A stretch of 57,801 bases of DNA from Bacteroidales bacterium (GTDB lineage Bacteria; Bacteroidota; Bacteroidia; Bacteroidales; UBA7960): NCBI GenBank assembly GCA_046483935.1, contig JAWOCF010000135.1, positions 1-57,801 of the forward strand, given 5' to 3'. The translations under genes were made by a program, and so were the position numbers. Position 1 is the first letter of the stretch. The number at the start of each line of letters is the position of its first letter. Positions 43,355-52,900 of this stretch are shown in pieces. The notes under the pieces are model-generated. The model did no database searches. It saw only the letters and a list, made by a program, of their open reading frames with translations, and was not told the DNA's origin.

Positions 43355-44104
43355 CTAAAACAGGAAACGAATCTGCTTCAGGTCATATTCCTGGCGGCAT
43401 CCCCTCTCATCCATCAGGATCAACCAGCCATATTCACTGACCCCGGTGATGGTGGCTGTAAACTTTCTGCCTGCCTCCATGAACTCACGGGGTTTATTCA
43501 TCCCAAGCAATGCCTGCAAATAATCATGATCCAGCAGGGCGGTCTGCTGGTTCTGAAGCTGAAGATATCGCTTGTCGAGGGTGCTGCAAAAGTCATTGAG
43601 TATCTCATCCCGGTCATGCAGGCTCTGGGTAATCTGAGAAACAGATACGGGGTTGGGTGCCTGGGAGCGGAAGACCCGCTGGTTCACATTGATGCCGATA
43701 CCCGCCACACACACCTGGAACTGTGAACCCATAATCCTGTTTTCAATCAGCATGCCGCAAACCTTGCCATTGCCAATGTAAATGTCATTGGGCCATTTGA
43801 TGCTTACCCGATGGGGAGCCACCCGCCGCTCAATCACTTCTTTTACAGCCAGTGAGATCACCTTGGTGAGCAAAAACTGTCGGGAAACTTCCAGAAAGGA
43901 AGGCTTGAGGATGACTGAAAAGGTCAGGTTGCTGCCCGGCTCACTTTCCCATGAAGTGTTTCCCTGCCCACGGCCGGCCGTTTGCTCCCTGGTGATGACC
44001 AGGGTTCCTTCTTCCAGCTGCCCACGCTCCAGCAACCGGAAGGCTTCCATGTTGGTGGAGTCAGTTTGTGAAAGCACAATACGGGTGCGGCCTGTATGTA
44101 GCAT
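43355..44104 (-). CDS. birA: Biotin--[acetyl-CoA-carboxylase] ligase (no N-terminal HTH domain)
   Basis: STNMEAF, TAGRGQGNTSWESEPGSNLTFS and KWPNDIY are present. I prefer ATG 44104, since the track start at 44281 overlaps the rsfS promoter and gene. Confidence 0.85.
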   Translation of the reverse strand: MLHTGRTRIVLSQTDSTNMEAFRLLERGQLEEGTLVITREQTAGRGQGNTSWESEPGSNLTFSVILKPSFLEVSRQFLLTKVISLAVKEVIERRVAPHRVSIKWPNDIYIGNGKVCGMLIENRIMGSQFQVCVAGIGINVNQRVFRSQAPNPVSVSQITQSLHDRDEILNDFCSTLDKRYLQLQNQQTALLDHDYLQALLGMNKPREFMEAGRKFTATITGVSEYGWLILMDERGCRQEYDLKQIRFLF

Positions 44105-44193
44105 AATGAGTGTTTTATCCTCCAAAATTAACAATTTTAAAATATTAACATTTATGTCTTGTTTGCTAAGAACATAATGTGGGTAAAAATCGT

Positions 44194-44201
44194 TAATTTT
44201 G
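44194..44201 (+). promoter_or_regulatory. Candidate -7 promoter box (TAATTTTG) for rsfS
   Basis: It matches TAnnTTTG 24 nt upstream of ATG 44225. Confidence 0.5.
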
Positions 44202-44224
44202 CAGGTAATTTGAACCGTCTGCGA

Positions 44225-44596
44225 ATGATCAAAACAAAAGAACCTGATAAAGCACTGTTGCTGGTTGATGCCATCGTGCAAGGGATTCAGGAACGAAAAG
44301 GTCTTGAGATAGTGAGCCTGAATCTTGGAAAAATTAATTCAACCATTTGTGATTACTTTGTCATATGCCATGGCACTTCTAATACTCACGTTCAGGCTAT
44401 TGGCGAATCTATCGAGGAAGAGGTGAAAAAGCGTACCGGAACAAATGCCCAACGCCGTGAAGGTTTTGGGAATGCCGAATGGGTGCTGCTTGACTTTTTG
44501 GATGTTGTGGTACACGTGTTTCAGGAACCGGTACGCAACTTCTATAACCTGGAAAGTCTTTGGGCTGATGCTCCCCTCACCAGATATGAAGAATAA
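44225..44596 (+). CDS. rsfS: Ribosome silencing factor RsfS
   Basis: DYFVICHGTSNTHVQAI...EGFGNAEWVLLDFLDVVVHVFQEPVRNFYNLESLW. I prefer the internal ATG at 44225 (123 aa). Confidence 0.88.
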   Translation: MIKTKEPDKALLLVDAIVQGIQERKGLEIVSLNLGKINSTICDYFVICHGTSNTHVQAIGESIEEEVKKRTGTNAQRREGFGNAEWVLLDFLDVVVHVFQEPVRNFYNLESLWADAPLTRYEE

Positions 44597-44662
44597 TTAA
44601 TCGCTGTATTAGCCCACCTGAAGAAGTACTGTGGTTTTTTTTATGAAAATAATTTTAATTGA

Positions 44663-46762
44663 ATGAAAATAGAGAATAAGGGCCGGCGGCCGGAAGATCC
44701 GGCCAAGGGCAACAATAAAAACTCCAAACCAGGCAACGGGAAAAAAGATCCCAAGAAGCCTGCCTTTAATTTTTACTGGATCTATGGGATTCTGGCAGTC
44801 GTTTTTATTGCCCTTCAATTCCTGAACTGGGGTACCGGGGCAGTTGAGATCTCCCAGCAACGTTTCGAAATTGAAATGCTGCCTTCCGAAGACCTTGAAA
44901 AACTGGTGGTGGTAAACCAGGAAATGGTAGAAGTGTTTATCAAACCCGACAGGCTGAACCAGGAAAAGTACAATGATGTTGAAAGCCAGGGAACCGCTGT
45001 TGGAGAGACTACAGGACCACATTATGTGTTTCAGATCGGATCGTTGGAAAATTTTGAACAATTGGTGCGGGAAGTCCAACGGGAGCGTGCGCCTCAGGAC
45101 CGGGTGCCCATTTATTATGAACAGCGTAAAAACTGGGGGAGTGATATCCTGGGCTGGCTGCTTCCCATAGGCCTGCTGATCGCCTTCTGGATTTTCATCA
45201 TGCGCCGCATGTCGGGTGCCGGCGGGGGAGGCCAGATCTTTAACATTGGCAAATCAAAGGCCACCCTCTTTGATAAAGACACCCATGTAAACATCACTTT
45301 CAAACATGTAGCAGGCCTGGACGAAGCCAAGGTGGAACTGATGGAGATCGTCGATTTTCTGAAGAACCCCAAGAAGTACACCGACCTGGGGGGACAGATC
45401 CCCAAGGGCGCCTTGCTGGTAGGCCCTCCCGGAACCGGTAAGACCCTGCTGGCCAAAGCCGTGGCAGGGCAGGCACAAGTGCCTTTCTTCTCGCTTAGCG
45501 GCTCTGATTTTGTAGAGATGTTTGTAGGAGTGGGTGCCTCAAGGGTTCGTGACTTGTTTAAACAAGCCAAGGAAAAGGCCCCTTGTATCATCTTTATTGA
45601 TGAGATAGATGCCATTGGACGGGCCAGAGGAAAGAATGCTGTTACAGGTGCCAACGATGAACGCGAGAACACCCTGAACCAGCTGCTTACCGAGATGGAT
45701 GGTTTTGGTACCAATGTAGGTGTGATCATTCTTGCGGCCACCAACCGGGCCGATATTCTTGACCGTGCCCTGATGCGCGCGGGTCGTTTCGACCGTCAGA
45801 TCCATGTGGAGATGCCCGATCTGGAAGAGCGTAAAGCCATCTTCAATGTGCACATGAAACCGCTCAAGCAGGCCCCGGATATCAACCCCGAGTTTTTAGC
45901 CCGTCAGACTCCCGGGTTCTCGGGTGCCGACATCGCCAATGTATGTAATGAGGCGGCCCTGATTGCTGCCCGGCGTAATAAGAAGAGCGTGGAACGCCAG
46001 GATTTCCTGGACGCCGTTGACCGGATTGTCGGAGGGTTGGAAAAAAGAAACAAGATCATCTCCCCGGGCGAGAAAAAAACCATTGCCTATCATGAATCAG
46101 GCCATGCTGCAGTGAGCTGGATGCTTGAACATGCCAGCCCCCTGGTGAAAGTTACTATTGTTCCCCGCGGCAAAGCCCTGGGTGCTGCGTGGTATCTTCC
46201 TGAAGAACGCCAGCTGACCACCTATCAGCAGATGTTTGATGAAATCACCGCCACCATGGGAGGAAGGGCTGCTGAGGAAATCATGTTTAACCAAATATCT
46301 ACAGGAGCCTTAAATGACCTGGAAAGAGTCTCAAAGCAAGCTTTTTCGATGGTGGTGTATTTCGGGCTGAACAAAAGAATCGGCAATATCAGTTATTACG
46401 ATTCCACGGGTCAGAATGAATATTCTTTTACCAAACCTTATTCTGAAAAAACTGCCCAGGCGATCGACGAGGAAATAAGTGCCATTATTGAATCGGCTTA
46501 TGAGCGGGCAAAAAAGATACTCAGTGAGAACCGCGATAAACTCATTCAACTGGGTGATTTGCTGCTTGAAAAAGAGGTGATCTTTAAAGAAGACCTGGAA
46601 CATATTTTTGGCAAAAGACCTTTTGGTGAAAAAGAGACGCTGACCCATAAAGAGGTTGAAACAGGCACTGCGGTGATTGACAAAGGAGACCAAAGCCCTG
46701 AGGCCCAATCGGGCCAGGACGTCAGTTCAGAAAGTGACAAGAGAACAGACTCCGACAGCTAA
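44663..46762 (+). CDS. ftsH: ATP-dependent zinc metalloprotease FtsH
   Basis: GPPGTGKTLLAKA, IIFIDEIDA, the SRH segment, and the zinc motif HESGHA are present. The length is 699 aa. Confidence 0.97.
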   Translation: MKIENKGRRPEDPAKGNNKNSKPGNGKKDPKKPAFNFYWIYGILAVVFIALQFLNWGTGAVEISQQRFEIEMLPSEDLEKLVVVNQEMVEVFIKPDRLNQEKYNDVESQGTAVGETTGPHYVFQIGSLENFEQLVREVQRERAPQDRVPIYYEQRKNWGSDILGWLLPIGLLIAFWIFIMRRMSGAGGGGQIFNIGKSKATLFDKDTHVNITFKHVAGLDEAKVELMEIVDFLKNPKKYTDLGGQIPKGALLVGPPGTGKTLLAKAVAGQAQVPFFSLSGSDFVEMFVGVGASRVRDLFKQAKEKAPCIIFIDEIDAIGRARGKNAVTGANDERENTLNQLLTEMDGFGTNVGVIILAATNRADILDRALMRAGRFDRQIHVEMPDLEERKAIFNVHMKPLKQAPDINPEFLARQTPGFSGADIANVCNEAALIAARRNKKSVERQDFLDAVDRIVGGLEKRNKIISPGEKKTIAYHESGHAAVSWMLEHASPLVKVTIVPRGKALGAAWYLPEERQLTTYQQMFDEITATMGGRAAEEIMFNQISTGALNDLERVSKQAFSMVVYFGLNKRIGNISYYDSTGQNEYSFTKPYSEKTAQAIDEEISAIIESAYERAKKILSENRDKLIQLGDLLLEKEVIFKEDLEHIFGKRPFGEKETLTHKEVETGTAVIDKGDQSPEAQSGQDVSSESDKRTDSDS

Positions 46763-46771
46763 ATGAGCAGG

Positions 46772-46809
46772 AACCCATGAAATAAACTACTTATTTCATG
46801 GGTTTTTTT
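46772..46809 (+). terminator. Rho-independent terminator after ftsH
   Basis: A perfect 14-bp stem AACCCATGAAATAA/TTATTTCATGGGTT with a 5-nt loop is followed by a T-run. Confidence 0.9.
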
Positions 46810-46879
46810 ACGAAAAAGTCATCATTGCCTGGTTTTTTTGTGTGTGCAAAAAAGATAAACCGGCTCATAGACCCAGGAT

Positions 46880-47521
46880 ATGAAAGAAAGTACATCCAAG
46901 GAGAAAGTATTGAAGAACATCCGGGAGGCTTTGGTAAACAGCATGGCCCCGCCGTATGAGAGCGTTGACCTGGAAAGCAATGTCTTCGCAAAAGAACTGG
47001 ATGAATTTGCCGAGATCGCTTTTGCTGAAGCCTTCTCCTCTGCTGGTGGGCAATTTGTATACTGTGGTGATTTTGAAGAGTTAAACCTGAACCTCAGGGC
47101 CCTGCTGGAAGAAAAGAACCTGACCAGGTTATTTTGTGGTGAGGAGTTCCTGTGCGATCTGATGAACGATTTTGAGATTCAGGGCATCAACAATTGTGAA
47201 GTTGATGATTGTGATGCCTCCATTACGGCCTGCGAGGTCCTGGTGGCCCGCCAGGGCAGCATTATGATGAGTAGCAGCCTTGGGGGAGGACGTAAGACTT
47301 TCATGGTTCCCCAGGTTCATATTGTAATAGCCAGTGCCCGTCAGCTGGTGCATGAAATAACTGATGCTTTTAGCTTTTTGAATAAAAAATATAATGGAAA
47401 ATTGCCGGGAATGGTTACTTTCGTAACCGGCCCCAGCCGCACAACAGAGATAGAGAATACCATAATACAAGGGGCGCACGGTCCAAAGGAAGTCATATTG
47501 TTTTTAGTAGAAACCCGTTAA
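46880..47521 (+). CDS. LUD-domain protein (LutC/YkgG-like)
   Basis: ITACEVLVARQGSIMMSS, VHIVIA and GPSRTTEIENTIIQGAHGP match the LUD-domain pattern. Confidence 0.65.
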   Translation: MKESTSKEKVLKNIREALVNSMAPPYESVDLESNVFAKELDEFAEIAFAEAFSSAGGQFVYCGDFEELNLNLRALLEEKNLTRLFCGEEFLCDLMNDFEIQGINNCEVDDCDASITACEVLVARQGSIMMSSSLGGGRKTFMVPQVHIVIASARQLVHEITDAFSFLNKKYNGKLPGMVTFVTGPSRTTEIENTIIQGAHGPKEVILFLVETR

Positions 47522-47539
47522 AGCGTCATTATACCCTTT

Positions 47540-47743
47540 ATGGAACCCCAGTGGCAGAAGATTTATAGTTCCTCGTATGAACATAAAGTGGAAATCGTGC
47601 ACGCTGTTTTGAATGACCAGGGTATTGAAAGTGTGATCGTCAATAAAAAGGATTCTGCATATCTTTTTGGGGAAATAGAATTGTATGTGCAGGGGGAAAA
47701 TGTAATTAAAGCCAAACAAATAATCAACAGAGAGAAATTGTGA
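47540..47743 (+). CDS. DUF2007-like small protein
   Basis: The 67-aa product has the pattern ...YEHKVEIVHAVLNDQGIESVIVNKKDS...ELYV, recalled from DUF2007 (putative signal-transducing) proteins. Confidence 0.55.
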   Translation: MEPQWQKIYSSSYEHKVEIVHAVLNDQGIESVIVNKKDSAYLFGEIELYVQGENVIKAKQIINREKL

Positions 47744-48558
47744 GTAATCTGGTTAAGCGCACTTTTACGGGGATTGTTTTTGTCGTTCTGGTTATTTTTT
47801 CCATAATTTTCGACCATCGTTTATTTTCCCTGTTATTTTTGTTGTTCACCATCATCGGCCTTTGGGAGTTTTACTCGCTGGTAGAGCGGGTAGGTATCAA
47901 ACCCAATAAATATGCAGGTATTGCTGCAGGGATTTTTCTTTACATCTCCAATGCTTTGATCTCTTTTGGTAACGCTCCGCGGGATATCCTGCTGGTGAAT
48001 TTTGTGCTGGTGTTTTTTATCTTTTTGCTTGAGTTGTACCGCAAGATTCCCAATCCCTTTACTAACATAGCATTTACTTTTTTTGGCATTCTGTATATCG
48101 CCTTGCCTTTTTCGCTGCTAAATTATTTCCCCAATCCGGGCATCATTTCCGGATACCACAATCATAGTGCCCTGTTAGGATTCTTCTTCCTGATCTGGAT
48201 TAATGAAACAGGTGCGTACCTGGTTGGTACTGCCCTGGGCAGACACAAGTTGTTTGAAAGAATATCGCCCAACAAAACCTGGGAAGGAACCATCGGCGGA
48301 GGCATCCTGGCGCTGATGACCGCCTATGTAGTCTCCCTGTTCTATAACCAGATTCCATTATTCGACTGGCTGGTAATCGGGTTGATTGTGGTGGTATTCA
48401 GTTCTTACGGCGATTTGTTTGAATCCATGTTCAAACGTAGTATTAATACCAAAGACAGTGGCAGGGTATTACCCGGCCACGGGGGAGTATTAGATCGGTT
48501 TGATGGAGTGATTATGGCTGCGCCTTTTGTCTTTGTGTACTTATTACTTACCTACTAA
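47740..48558 (+). CDS. cdsA: Phosphatidate cytidylyltransferase
   Basis: The CDS signature is FKRSINTKDSGRVLPGHGGVLDRFD in a multi-TM protein. The GTG start overlaps the upstream stop (GTGA). Confidence 0.9.
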   Translation: MSNLVKRTFTGIVFVVLVIFSIIFDHRLFSLLFLLFTIIGLWEFYSLVERVGIKPNKYAGIAAGIFLYISNALISFGNAPRDILLVNFVLVFFIFLLELYRKIPNPFTNIAFTFFGILYIALPFSLLNYFPNPGIISGYHNHSALLGFFFLIWINETGAYLVGTALGRHKLFERISPNKTWEGTIGGGILALMTAYVVSLFYNQIPLFDWLVIGLIVVVFSSYGDLFESMFKRSINTKDSGRVLPGHGGVLDRFDGVIMAAPFVFVYLLLTY

Positions 48559-48563
48559 AGCAT

Positions 48564-48571
48564 TATCTTTG
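48564..48571 (+). promoter_or_regulatory. Candidate -7 promoter box (TATCTTTG) directly abutting the psd start codon
   Basis: It matches TAnnTTTG and ends 5 nt before ATG 48577. Confidence 0.35.
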
Positions 48572-48576
48572 TATTT

Positions 48577-49242
48577 ATGAAAATTCATCGCGAAGGATAT
48601 AACAGCATAGCTGTGATGACGCTTTTTGTGGCCCTGGTGGTAATGCTCCTGAATGTCTTTTACCCCCAGCAGACCTTACGCCATTATGTTCTTTATGGCC
48701 TGCTGGTGGTACTGGCAGTGATGATTGTTCAGTTTTTCCGCTCCCCCAACCGCAACATTGTCCGTGACGATGCACACGTGTTGTGCCCCGCCGATGGCGA
48801 AATAGTGGTGGTTGAGGAAGTTCAGGAGCAGGAATATTTTCACAAGAGAATGAAGCTGGTGTCTATTTTCATGTCTCCCTTAAATGTGCATCTGAACCGG
48901 TATCCGGTAAGCGGGAAAGTGAATTATATGAAGTATCATCCCGGCAAGTTCCTGGTAGCCTGGCATCCCAAGTCCAGTGAGCTGAATGAACGCAACAGCA
49001 TCGCTTTGGAAACCCCTCAGGGCGATCAGTTGTTGATCCGTCAGGTAGCCGGTGCCGTAGCCCGTCGCATTGTCTGTTACAGCCAGCAAGACATGCAGGT
49101 CAGTCAGGGCGAAGAACTTGGTTTCATTAAGTTTGGCTCACGTGTTGATCTGTATTTGCCTTTGGATGCAGAGGTACAGATCAGGGTCGGTGAAAAAGTG
49201 AAGGGCGGCGAAACAGTCATTGCCCGTTTCAGTGAGTTATAA
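48577..49242 (+). CDS. psd: Phosphatidylserine decarboxylase proenzyme (short, membrane-anchored form)
   Basis: LNVHLNRYPVSGKV and the self-cleavage context FGSRVDLYLP are present. Confidence 0.88.
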   Translation: MKIHREGYNSIAVMTLFVALVVMLLNVFYPQQTLRHYVLYGLLVVLAVMIVQFFRSPNRNIVRDDAHVLCPADGEIVVVEEVQEQEYFHKRMKLVSIFMSPLNVHLNRYPVSGKVNYMKYHPGKFLVAWHPKSSELNERNSIALETPQGDQLLIRQVAGAVARRIVCYSQQDMQVSQGEELGFIKFGSRVDLYLPLDAEVQIRVGEKVKGGETVIARFSEL

Positions 49243-49935
49243 TATCTCCTTTAGCTCCATCAGGCTGCCAATGCAGTAGGTAGGAACAATATCAGAAGCC
49301 TCACCGGGCTGTTTTAGCCATACCTGATCCATGTTGAACTGCTGCCCTCCCAGGATGTCAGATTCGGGGTCATCTCCAATGATTAATGAGAGGGCAGGAG
49401 TAGCCCCTGTGACCTTCATAGCATGCCTGAAAATGGCCTGATGGGGTTTCTGAACCCCTGCTGCTTCTGAGGTGATAATCTCTTTAAAATACTCCGTTAT
49501 TCCACAGCTGCTTAACTTCTGGTATTGAATTTCTTCAAAGCCATTGGTAATGATATGCAACACATATTTTCCGGAGAGGTAATCCAGGATCTCGAAGGTG
49601 CCGGGAAGTACTTTTGTTTGCAGGGGACTGTTTGTAATGTATTCGCTGGCAAACACAGCAGCCAGTCCGTTGCTGATCTGGAAGGCCCCCAGGGTTTGCT
49701 CAAAACGTGTCTGGTTCAGGTATTCTTTGGTAATCTCCTGGTTCTTGTATCTTTGCCACAGCCCATAGTTGATGGTCTTGTAGGTTTGGTAAAAAGAGTC
49801 AAAACAATCTACACCCAGGCTCTCCAGCCGGTGGTTGCAGAAAAGATCAGAAAGGGTCTGGCGGTTATTGTTCTCGAAGTCGTATAATGTTCTGTCAAGA
49901 TCAAAGAAGAGATGTTCGTATTTTTTGGGCATCAT
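49237..49935 (-). CDS. HAD-superfamily hydrolase (YjjG-like nucleotidase subfamily)
   Basis: Motif I is FFDLDRTLYDF, motif III/IV is IGDDPESDILGG, and a cap-domain insert is present. It shares a 6-bp tail-to-tail overlap with psd. Confidence 0.8.
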   Translation of the reverse strand: MMPKKYEHLFFDLDRTLYDFENNNRQTLSDLFCNHRLESLGVDCFDSFYQTYKTINYGLWQRYKNQEITKEYLNQTRFEQTLGAFQISNGLAAVFASEYITNSPLQTKVLPGTFEILDYLSGKYVLHIITNGFEEIQYQKLSSCGITEYFKEIITSEAAGVQKPHQAIFRHAMKVTGATPALSLIIGDDPESDILGGQQFNMDQVWLKQPGEASDIVPTYCIGSLMELKEIL

Positions 49936-49968
49936 AAAATTTTTGTAATCCTCAAAGGTAAGGAAAAG

Positions 49969-52900
49969 TCAAAGGTTTTTACGGGCCGGATTCCACTTAA
50001 GAAGCATCTGGCGCAAATCCTCTGTTTTTACCGGCTTGAGCAGAAAGTCATCCATTCCTGTCTGGAACATCAGATTTGCTTCGGCAGCCATTACATTGGC
50101 ACTTAATCCAATGATAGGCGGCAGATTGCTATATTCCTGCCGCAGGATGCTGGTTGCCTGCAACCCATCCATCACAGGCATCTGGATGTCCATAAAGATC
50201 AGGTCGAAATCCGTCCTGTCGCTACCATTAGCAATATGCCCTTTCACTTTTTCGATGGCTTCCTTGCCATTATTGGCCAAAAGAACCTCGCAACCCAGAT
50301 TGGAAAGCATCATCTTCACCACCTTCTGGTTCACCGGTTTGTCCTCAACCAGCAGGATCTTCATGGAAATTTTTTCCTGCGAATCATCATATAGTTTTAC
50401 CGGAGCACTGGTCGCTACCAGCCCGTTGGTTTCCTGGCTCCTGAAGGTAAACCAGAAGGTAGATCCTTTGCCTTCCTGGCTTCTGATTCCTGTTTCCCCA
50501 CCCATGAGCTGCACCAGCCGCTGGCAGATTGACAGTCCCAGGCCGGTACCTTCCTGATCGCGGGTAAAAGAGCTGTCGATCTGGGTAAAGGCCGAAAAGA
50601 GCTTCTTCTGGTTTTCTGCAGAAATGCCAATCCCGGTGTCGGTCACCTCGGTGAGAATTATCAGCTCTTCATTTTCACGTTCCAGCAACCTGATATTTAA
50701 GGTCACGCTTCCCTGGGGAGTGAATTTTACTGCATTAGAGATCAGGTTGGTCAGAATCTGATTCAGCCGGATGCGGTCGGTGAGGATAAACTCAGGCAAC
50801 AGAGGATCAATATGAATCATAAAATCCAGGTGCATCTGAAAGGAGAGTGCCGAGAACAGGTTTTTCATGTTCTGAGCCAGTTGGCGAATGTTGACCGGCG
50901 AAGAATGCAACACCATTTTTCCTGCCTCGATTTTCGAAAAGTCAAGGATGTCGTTGATGATATCCAGTAGGGTATCAGATGAGGACTTCAGCGTTTCTAT
51001 ATAGCTCTTTTGTTCTTCGCTCAAAGGCGTACGGTTCATAAATTCAATCATGCCCAGGATGCCATTCATGGGGGTTCTGATTTCATGACTCATGTTGGCC
51101 AGAAACTGCTGTTTGATCGCTGCTGAATGTTGTGCAATCTTAATGTTTTCGCGCAGCTCCTCATTTTGTTTCTCCAGGGTGATGTCTCTGAGAAAGACCC
51201 CAATGCCTGCCGGCCCGTTGGGATTCATCACCGGAAACATCCTGACCCTTATTTTGCAACCCTGATGCTCAATGTCCTCCAGGATCATCTCACTGGTTTC
51301 CATTACCTGATGTTCCAGAGCCATCAGGCTGTGATGCAAGTCGGGAGGGAGCAGCTTCTGCGAGGTGTTGCCTATGATTTGCCCGGCTTTCTTACCCAGA
51401 TATTCTTCAAAAGAATTGTTCACCAACAGGAAGCGTTGCAGGTGATCCTTCAGATATACCAGGTCGCCCGTGGCATTGATAAAGTCACGGTACCGGTTCT
51501 CGCTCTGTTCCACCTGGTCTTTCAGCTCCAGGGCCCTCGAAAGGGTCTTTTTGAGTTCCTCCTCACGCAGACGAAGATCCTGGTTGAGGCGTTTTTCCTT
51601 GCCGATCAGCAGGTTCTTTTCCATCTCCAGTTGATGCTGCAGGCTCACATCCTGGATGGCACATACCACCGACTCCACTTCACCCTTTTCATTCATCATA
51701 GGGGCTGCATTTACCAGCAGGTACTTCTTTCGGCATCCTGCAACAGAAATGGTATGCCTGATTGCCGACACCGGCTTTCTGGTTGCCAGCACCATACCTA
51801 CCGGCAGTTCTTCGGGATTCATGGGGCGCCCTTCATAGTCCTCGATATGCCATTCGGGATGGCTGAAGCTCATGGATCGTACCCGGGGCTGCTCTAGCCC
51901 CAGAACCAGGCAGGCTGCCTCATTGGCAAAAATAAACTGACCATCTGCATTGACCACAGTAATCCCTACCGGGCTGGTGTTCATGATGTTGGAGATGTAA
52001 TTCTTTTGTTGTAACAACTCTTTCTGTTGTTGCTTGCGTTGGGAGATGTCCTGGCAGTTGACGATCCGGTAAAGTACCGTGCCCGATTTATTCTTTACAG
52101 AGGTGATGTCGACCATCACTGGAAATGTCCTGCCATCTTTCGTCAGATGGTCGGCCTCCATGATGTAATGCCCCTCCTCATGTGCTTTCTGCATGGCATG
52201 TTCCACCAAGGCCTTCTTCCCTTCATGGGCAAAGACTGTAGCAATGGGTTTACCCGCCAGCTCCTGGGTGCTATATCCGTGCATCTGGGCAAAGGACGGA
52301 TTGACCATGACCAGATTGGCCGAGTGAGGTTCCCCAATGGCAATCCCCATTTTGGTATTTCTGAAAATGTCGTGCCAGCGCCTTAATTCCAGCTCCATGG
52401 CTTTGCGCCTCTGGATATCAGAAATGGATCCGGTTACCCGAAGGATCTTACCTGAAGGGGAAAACACACCCAAAGCATGAACAGAAATCCAAATGGGATG
52501 GCCCGAATGGTTTCTCATGCATAGCTCCACTTCAAAATTCAGGTATTGCTTTTTGATCAGCCCTACTACCTTCCTTCGGATCATCATGCGGTGCTCTGGC
52601 AATACCATGTCGAAGAACTGGCTGATATCTTCCTTGATCTGATGGTCAGGATACCCGAAAATTTCCTTTGCCCGCGAAGAAACAAACAAGGTGTTCTTCT
52701 GCAGGTTGATGTCCCAGATGCCATCCAGGGTGGCGCGCATCACCAGGGCATACCGTTCTTCGTTTTGCCGTATGGTTTCAATATAGTGTTTCTGGGTGGT
52801 AATGTCCATAAAGCTGCCAACCACACCTCTGGGATGACCTTGCTGATCGAAGTAGGCCGACTGAAAGAAGTATACGTCCCGGGTGTTTCCTCCCGCGGTG

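Noticed and set aside
44105-44281. N-terminal extensions offered by the ORF track for birA. The same issue applies to the NUDIX gene (42133-42264), purM (19386-19433), the helicase (26654-26749), tatD (7422-7487), dacB (31107-31139), the kinase (54253-54291), rsfS (44159-44224) and csp (1079-1117).
   Set aside because: The extensions lack homology-like sequence and often overlap the neighbouring divergent gene or contain the gene's own TAnnTTTG box. Internal starts give canonical N-termini.
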